A DNA stretch of 64,000 nt. It comes from an uncultured Alphaproteobacteria bacterium. Lineage in GTDB: Bacteria > Pseudomonadota > Alphaproteobacteria > Bin95. The notes below the pieces were generated by a model that was given only the letters and a program-made list of their open reading frames with translations, made no database searches and was not told the origin of the DNA. A program made the position numbers and the translations under genes. The stretch lies in assembly GCA_963807085.1 (NCBI GenBank), contig CAWEBB010000012.1:126913-190912 (forward strand), in the 5' to 3' direction. Below, piece after piece: positions 59,719 through 64,000 of this stretch; position 1 is the stretch's first letter, and each line of letters starts with the position of its first letter.

Positions 59719-60962
59719 GGATCGACCCTGCCAGCGCTGCCATGCCGGCCCGCACACTAGCGCGGGTCCCTTGGATGGAAATTCCCGGCGTCAGGGCCGT
59801 GGTATGGGCATTGGGCCGGAACCATGTCCGCTTCGTCGGCGGCTGTGTCCGGGACCATCTGGCCGGCCGCGACAGCCTGGACGTGGATATGGCGACGGAT
59901 CATCCGCCGCACCAGTCCCTCGATCTTCTGCGGCAAGCCCGCATCCGCGTCGAGCCGATCGGAATCGAGCACGGCACCGTCGTCGCGATCACCGACAGTG
60001 GCCATTTTCAAGTCACGACCCTGCGCCGGGACGTAGAGACCGATGGCCGCCGGGCGGTGGTGGCGTTCACAGAGGATTGGTCGGAGGATGCCGCGCGGCG
60101 CGATTTCACCATCAACGCCATGTCCGTCGATCCGGACGGCCGCCTTTACGATCCGGCCGGCGGCATCGACGATCTGGAACAAGGCCGCGTTCGTTTCATC
60201 GGCGACCCACGCCAGCGCATCCGGGAAGATCATCTCCGAATTTTACGGTTTTTTCGCTTTACCGCCTGGTTTGGCCGCGCGGCGCCCGACGCTGCCGGAA
60301 TCGCGGCCTGCGCCGAAGCGGCCGAGCAACTGAAAAATCTGTCGGGCGAACGCGTATCGGCGGAATTGCGGCGGCTGCTCGCCGCGCCCAATCCCTATCA
60401 GGTCGCGTTGGCGATGGCCGAGCACCGCATCCTCCGCGTCGTGACGCCGCTGGAGCTTGTGCCACGCCTGCTCTCGCGGCTCGTCGCGATCGAGCAGGCA
60501 TACAATCTCGAGCCATCGCCGCTGGCCCGCATCGCGGTGCTGATGCCGGGCGATGCCGATGCCTATACGGGCTTGGCTGAGCGGTTGCGGTTCAGCAATA
60601 CAGAGCGCAAACGGCTGGTGAGCCTCGCCCGTCCGTTGCCGGCGCTGGGGGACGAGCCGGAGAGCATCCGCCAGGCGCTCTACCGCTGCGGGGACCGGGA
60701 GATATACACGCTGCGATGCCTGGTGGCGGCGGTAGAGGATGACCAAATCGACTTGAGGCTGCGCCTGCACGAGGCCGCCGCCTGGGCCTGGCCCTCCTTC
60801 CCGGTGTCGGGTTTGGACATGATCAGATCGGGGGTGCCGCCGGGCCCAAAAGTCGGTGCAATCCTCGCTCATCTGGAGGAATGGTGGATCAGGCGGAACT
60901 TTCAGCCGGACCGCGAAGCGTGCCTTGAGGCCGTGCAACAAGCGCTGCGACGATCGACTTAG
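59715..60962 (+). CDS. cca: CCA tRNA nucleotidyltransferase
   Basis: ..VRFVGGCVRDHLAGR..DVDMAT..GIEHGTV..TTLRRDVETDGRRA..EDAARRDFTINAM.. (class II nucleotidyltransferase head domain). Confidence 0.85.
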   Translation: MRIDPASAAMPARTLARVPWMEIPGVRAVVWALGRNHVRFVGGCVRDHLAGRDSLDVDMATDHPPHQSLDLLRQARIRVEPIGIEHGTVVAITDSGHFQVTTLRRDVETDGRRAVVAFTEDWSEDAARRDFTINAMSVDPDGRLYDPAGGIDDLEQGRVRFIGDPRQRIREDHLRILRFFRFTAWFGRAAPDAAGIAACAEAAEQLKNLSGERVSAELRRLLAAPNPYQVALAMAEHRILRVVTPLELVPRLLSRLVAIEQAYNLEPSPLARIAVLMPGDADAYTGLAERLRFSNTERKRLVSLARPLPALGDEPESIRQALYRCGDREIYTLRCLVAAVEDDQIDLRLRLHEAAAWAWPSFPVSGLDMIRSGVPPGPKVGAILAHLEEWWIRRNFQPDREACLEAVQQALRRST

Positions 60963-60982
60963 ACAGAATCCCCACGCAAGTT

Positions 60983-61411
60983 ATGGATGTTCGGGCGGAG
61001 CCGCGAAGGCCCGCGGAAAACTCAAGGATATTGGCTTTGTCGGATCAGATTTCCGCCGCCCTGCTTTCAGCCAACGAAGCTTTTTATGACGCCTTCGATA
61101 CCGCCGACCTGGAAGCGATGGGGGCAATCTGGGCTTCGGAACACGCCGTTGCCTGCCTGCATCCCGGTGCCGCCGCCATCTTTGGAAGGGACGCGGTTTT
61201 GCAAAGCTGGCGCGATATTTTGAGTGCGCCGCAACACCCGGCCATTCAATGCGTCGACGCCCGGCCCATTGCTTTCGATCGGGCGGGCATGGTCATTTGC
61301 CGCGAAATGCTTGCCGGTGGCCATCTGGCCGCCACAAATGTCTTTGTGCGAGAAGCCGGGGTCTGGCGGATCGTGCACCATCAAGCGGGTCCGTTGAGCA
61401 CCGGGCGATAG
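60983..61411 (+). CDS. SnoaL-like / NTF2-fold (DUF4440-like) protein
   Basis: ..ANEAFYDAFDTADLEAMGAIWASEHAVACLHPGAAAIFGRDAVLQSW..GVWRIVHHQAGP... Start uncertain. Confidence 0.6.
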   Translation: MDVRAEPRRPAENSRILALSDQISAALLSANEAFYDAFDTADLEAMGAIWASEHAVACLHPGAAAIFGRDAVLQSWRDILSAPQHPAIQCVDARPIAFDRAGMVICREMLAGGHLAATNVFVREAGVWRIVHHQAGPLSTGR

Positions 61412-61456
61412 GCTTCAGATAGACGGGTCACTGGAACGGTTAGAGAGGGATTCCTC

Positions 61457-62635
61457 ATGATTCAGTTCGTTAATGCGAATGGCATTCGCATCGCCTACGC
61501 CGAGGATGGGCCCGCCGATGGCCCGCCCCTGATCATGAGCCACTCGCTGAGCGCGAGCGGCGCCATGTGGAAGCCGCAACTGCCGGCTCTGGCCGACAAA
61601 TACCGGGTGATCCGCATTGACACCCGCGGCCATGGCCAGAGCGAAGCGCCGGGCGGCGACTATACGCTGGACCAACTGGCGGACGACGTGCTGGGCGTCA
61701 TGGATGCATTGGACATCCGCCAGGCCCATTTTTGTGGCCTTTCCCTGGGCGGCATGATCGGGCAGACGTTAGCCCTGAAGGCGCCGGAGCGCTTTCGCTC
61801 GCTGGTGCTTTGCGATACCTCCTCCGGCTATCCGGCCGACGCGCGGACCATGTGGGACGAGCGGGTGAAGGCTGCCCGCGCCAACGGCCTGGGCGCGACC
61901 CTGGACACCACCATCGACCGTTGGTTCTCGCCCGGCTTCGTCCAAGCCTCGCCGGACGTGATCGGGAGTGTCAGGGAGATGATCTTGGCCACGTCGATTG
62001 ACGGCTTTTGCGGTTGCGCCATGGCTATATCGGCCTTGGCGCTGACCGATCGGTTGGGGGAGATCGAGCTTCCGACCCTGGTCATCGTCGGCGAAGATGA
62101 CCAGGGCACGCCGGTGGCGATGGCCCAGATCATCCGCGACCGCATTCCGAGGGCCCGGCTGGTCGTGCTGCCCGTGGCCCGCCACTTGGCCAACATGGAA
62201 GACGTTTCCGGCTTCAACCAAGCCCTGCGGGATTTTCTGGACGCGCATTCATCTCTTCTCCGGTCGCCGACTTTTTCCGGCGGCCTGCCCCCCGCCGCCG
62301 GGCGTGTCCGGCGGCCTGCATTGCCTCGAACACCTTTAGCCCGGATGGATTGCCCCGCAGATGGAAGAACTAGCGAACATGGCGAGGCTGATTGCAGAAG
62401 CGGATTTGATCATCAAGGCCGTTTTGGCTGTGCTTCTGTTTCAGTCCATTTATATCTGGTACGCGGTGTTTCAGTTCCTCTTCCGATCGAAAAAGGCTCG
62501 GTCCGACCGGAATGTGATGGTCGGGGCGATGGCCGATGCCAATATCGAGGGCGTGCGGCGGGTTTTGCTCTCGTTTGCGCATTTGCGGGCCAAGGGCGTG
62601 GCCGCTGTGGAGGCCATCAGCCCCTCGGCCTATGA
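61457..62635 (+). CDS. Alpha/beta hydrolase (3-oxoadipate enol-lactonase-like); 3' end anomalous
   Basis: ..NGIRIAYAEDGPADGPPLIMSHSL..RIDTRGHGQS..FCGLSLGGMIG..ARHLANME..ALRDFLDAH covers a complete fold of about 262 aa ending near 62243. The ORF has no stop until 62635 and runs 275 nt into tolQ. Confidence 0.7.
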   Translation: MIQFVNANGIRIAYAEDGPADGPPLIMSHSLSASGAMWKPQLPALADKYRVIRIDTRGHGQSEAPGGDYTLDQLADDVLGVMDALDIRQAHFCGLSLGGMIGQTLALKAPERFRSLVLCDTSSGYPADARTMWDERVKAARANGLGATLDTTIDRWFSPGFVQASPDVIGSVREMILATSIDGFCGCAMAISALALTDRLGEIELPTLVIVGEDDQGTPVAMAQIIRDRIPRARLVVLPVARHLANMEDVSGFNQALRDFLDAHSSLLRSPTFSGGLPPAAGRVRRPALPRTPLARMDCPADGRTSEHGEADCRSGFDHQGRFGCASVSVHLYLVRGVSVPLPIEKGSVRPECDGRGDGRCQYRGRAAGFALVCAFAGQGRGRCGGHQPLGL

Positions 62636-62999
62636 AAATGTGTTTGAAGAGGTATGGACCGAGATCTACGACACGCTGGCCGCGAAATGTTCGGGTCTTG
62701 CCACCATCGCCGCGACCGCGCCGTTCATTGGCCTGTTCGGCACGGTTTGGGGCATTCTGGTGGCGTTTTCCTCCATCCGCAGCGCCGAAGCGATTACCTT
62801 CAGCGCGCTGGCGCCGGCCATCGGCGAGGCGTTGTTCGCCACCATGGCGGGCCTGTTCGTCGCCATTCCATCGGTGATCATAAACAACTGGATCGCCAGC
62901 CAGTCTCTGACGCTCTCGCGCCGCTGCGCCCATTCCTATATGGAACTGGTGAAAGAACTCGGGCGGCTGGGGCGCAAGCCGGGCGCAGGCGAGTGGTGA
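62361..62999 (+). CDS. tolQ: MotA/TolQ/ExbB proton-channel protein (probable TolQ)
   Basis: ..IIKAVLAVLLFQSIYIWYAVF..TIAATAPFIGLFGTVWGILVAF..IGEALFATMAGLFVAIPSVI... Followed by tolR-like and tolA-like genes. Start may be 62361 or 62379. Confidence 0.7.
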   Translation: MEELANMARLIAEADLIIKAVLAVLLFQSIYIWYAVFQFLFRSKKARSDRNVMVGAMADANIEGVRRVLLSFAHLRAKGVAAVEAISPSAYENVFEEVWTEIYDTLAAKCSGLATIAATAPFIGLFGTVWGILVAFSSIRSAEAITFSALAPAIGEALFATMAGLFVAIPSVIINNWIASQSLTLSRRCAHSYMELVKELGRLGRKPGAGEW

Positions 63000-63006
63000 G
63001 GTTGAT

Positions 63007-63420
63007 GTGAAACAAGGCCCGCTATCGCGCCGGACGACCATTGTCGGCACCATCAATGTTACGCCGTTTGTCGACGTGCTGCTGGTGTTGCTGGCGCTGA
63101 CCATCGTGTTTGCCTCGGACTTTCCGGGACAAAAGACTGTCGAGCGAGGCTCGGTTGCCGGGGCGTTGGGAGGCGAATTCAAGGACTCGGAAACCGTTAC
63201 CCTGGAAATCGCCCAGGACAACACCGTCGTGCTGGCCGGTCAGATCATCGAACCGGCACAGATACCGGCTACGATCGCCCAACTTGCCGCCGAATCACGG
63301 CGCAACATTGTCATCAACATCTCCTCTCAGCAAAGCGTCGATTACGATACGGTGTTCAAGGTGTTGCAGGCAGTCAATGGTTCCACGGCAGCCGGGGTAA
63401 CGTTCTCGATCTATGAGTAG
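63007..63420 (+). CDS. tolR: ExbD/TolR family protein (probable TolR)
   Basis: GTG start. ..TINVTPFVDVLLVLLALTIVF.., 137 aa. Confidence 0.7.
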   Translation: MKQGPLSRRTTIVGTINVTPFVDVLLVLLALTIVFASDFPGQKTVERGSVAGALGGEFKDSETVTLEIAQDNTVVLAGQIIEPAQIPATIAQLAAESRRNIVINISSQQSVDYDTVFKVLQAVNGSTAAGVTFSIYE

Positions 63421-64000
63421 CGTCGCCGAACCATTTCAGCGCGATGAGCTGCACCTCTTTTTGGCCGTGCTGCTGCACGTTGTTGCCGGCTTTCTGGTCT
63501 ATGTGTTTTTGACAATGGGCGAGGACCGCCCGCGGCAGGTGATGCTGGAAGGGTTGCCCATCTTGTTCGGCAAGATGGTTTCGCCGGGTGAACCCGCGGG
63601 AGACGAGCCGAAGACGCTGGCCAGAAGCACGCCGACCGAGGCACAGGCGACCGGGCCGGAAACGGCGCCCCCCCCGGCCACCGCGCCCCTTCAGCAGCGC
63701 CAACAACCGGAGACATCCCGCATGGCCGCGGCCCCTGCCGCGAAAACGCCCGCCGCGCCGGAGGCTCGCTTGCCCGAAGCGCCGGACGCCCGACTGCCCG
63801 AAATCGCCATCGGGGAAAAAGGCGCCCGCCCGCCCGCCGCCATTGCCCTGGAATCGCCGCGAGGACCGGTGGCCGTGCCGGAGAACGTTCCGACGCTCAG
63901 GCTCAAGCCCGAACCGGACGAAGCGGAACGACCGCCGCCGTCGGAAGCCGCTGAGCAACGCACCGCCGAAGCAGCGGCACCCGAGCCGCAAAAGCAGGCG
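63413..64000 (+). CDS. TolA/TonB-like envelope protein, 3' end outside window
   Basis: Not in the ORF track because it is open to the window end. My translation from ATG 63413 (ATGAGTAG overlap with the tolR stop) gives MSSVAEPFQRDELHLFLAVLLHVVAGFLVYVFL (TM anchor). A Pro/Ala/Glu-rich spacer follows (..PETAPPPATAPLQQRQQPE..AAKTPAAPEARLPEAPDARLPE..). Confidence 0.55.
   Translation, partial: MSSVAEPFQRDELHLFLAVLLHVVAGFLVYVFLTMGEDRPRQVMLEGLPILFGKMVSPGEPAGDEPKTLARSTPTEAQATGPETAPPPATAPLQQRQQPETSRMAAAPAAKTPAAPEARLPEAPDARLPEIAIGEKGARPPAAIALESPRGPVAVPENVPTLRLKPEPDEAERPPPSEAAEQRTAEAAAPEPQKQA

Overview
This is a high-GC, alphaproteobacterial-type chromosomal segment (GC judged by eye) with about 60 genes on both strands. 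No rRNA genes or CRISPR arrays were found, and there is one tRNA, tRNA-Phe(GAA). The conserved backbone includes rpmF, a TrxR-type ferredoxin-NADP reductase with a 2Fe-2S ferredoxin, mrcA (PBP1A), amiC, rne with a long leader, aat, katG, tctCBA, a CoA pyrophosphatase, cca, tolQ-tolR-tolA, phaZ and phaB, and a Fur-box-preceded Fe(III)-binding protein. Assorted oxidoreductases are also present: a BVMO, SDRs, LLM monooxygenases, a VOC dioxygenase, PhyH and a thiolase/DUF35 pair. No recognisable defence or secretion system was found. Three things stand out. (1) There are four IS-associated scars: an IS5-family copy with its frameshift site, a complete IS1595-family copy with inverted repeats and a target duplication that splits a HIRAN-domain gene, and IS110- and IS1380-family remnants. 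(2) An IS-bounded insertion of about 3.7 kb carries an orphan two-gene module: a leaderless LGFP-repeat protein and a polyproline/beta-gamma-crystallin-domain protein. (3) Disrupted reading frames are unusually frequent: an ALDH with about 11 frame breaks, an EF-G-like gene with an in-frame TAA, and marR, tctB, two LLM genes, a Zn-ADH, a Sel1 protein and a DUF1214 protein. Most of the damage is indels only. I cannot tell real gene decay from indel-type assembly error using the sequence alone. Many long ORFs in the six-frame track are antisense or GC artefacts and were rejected.
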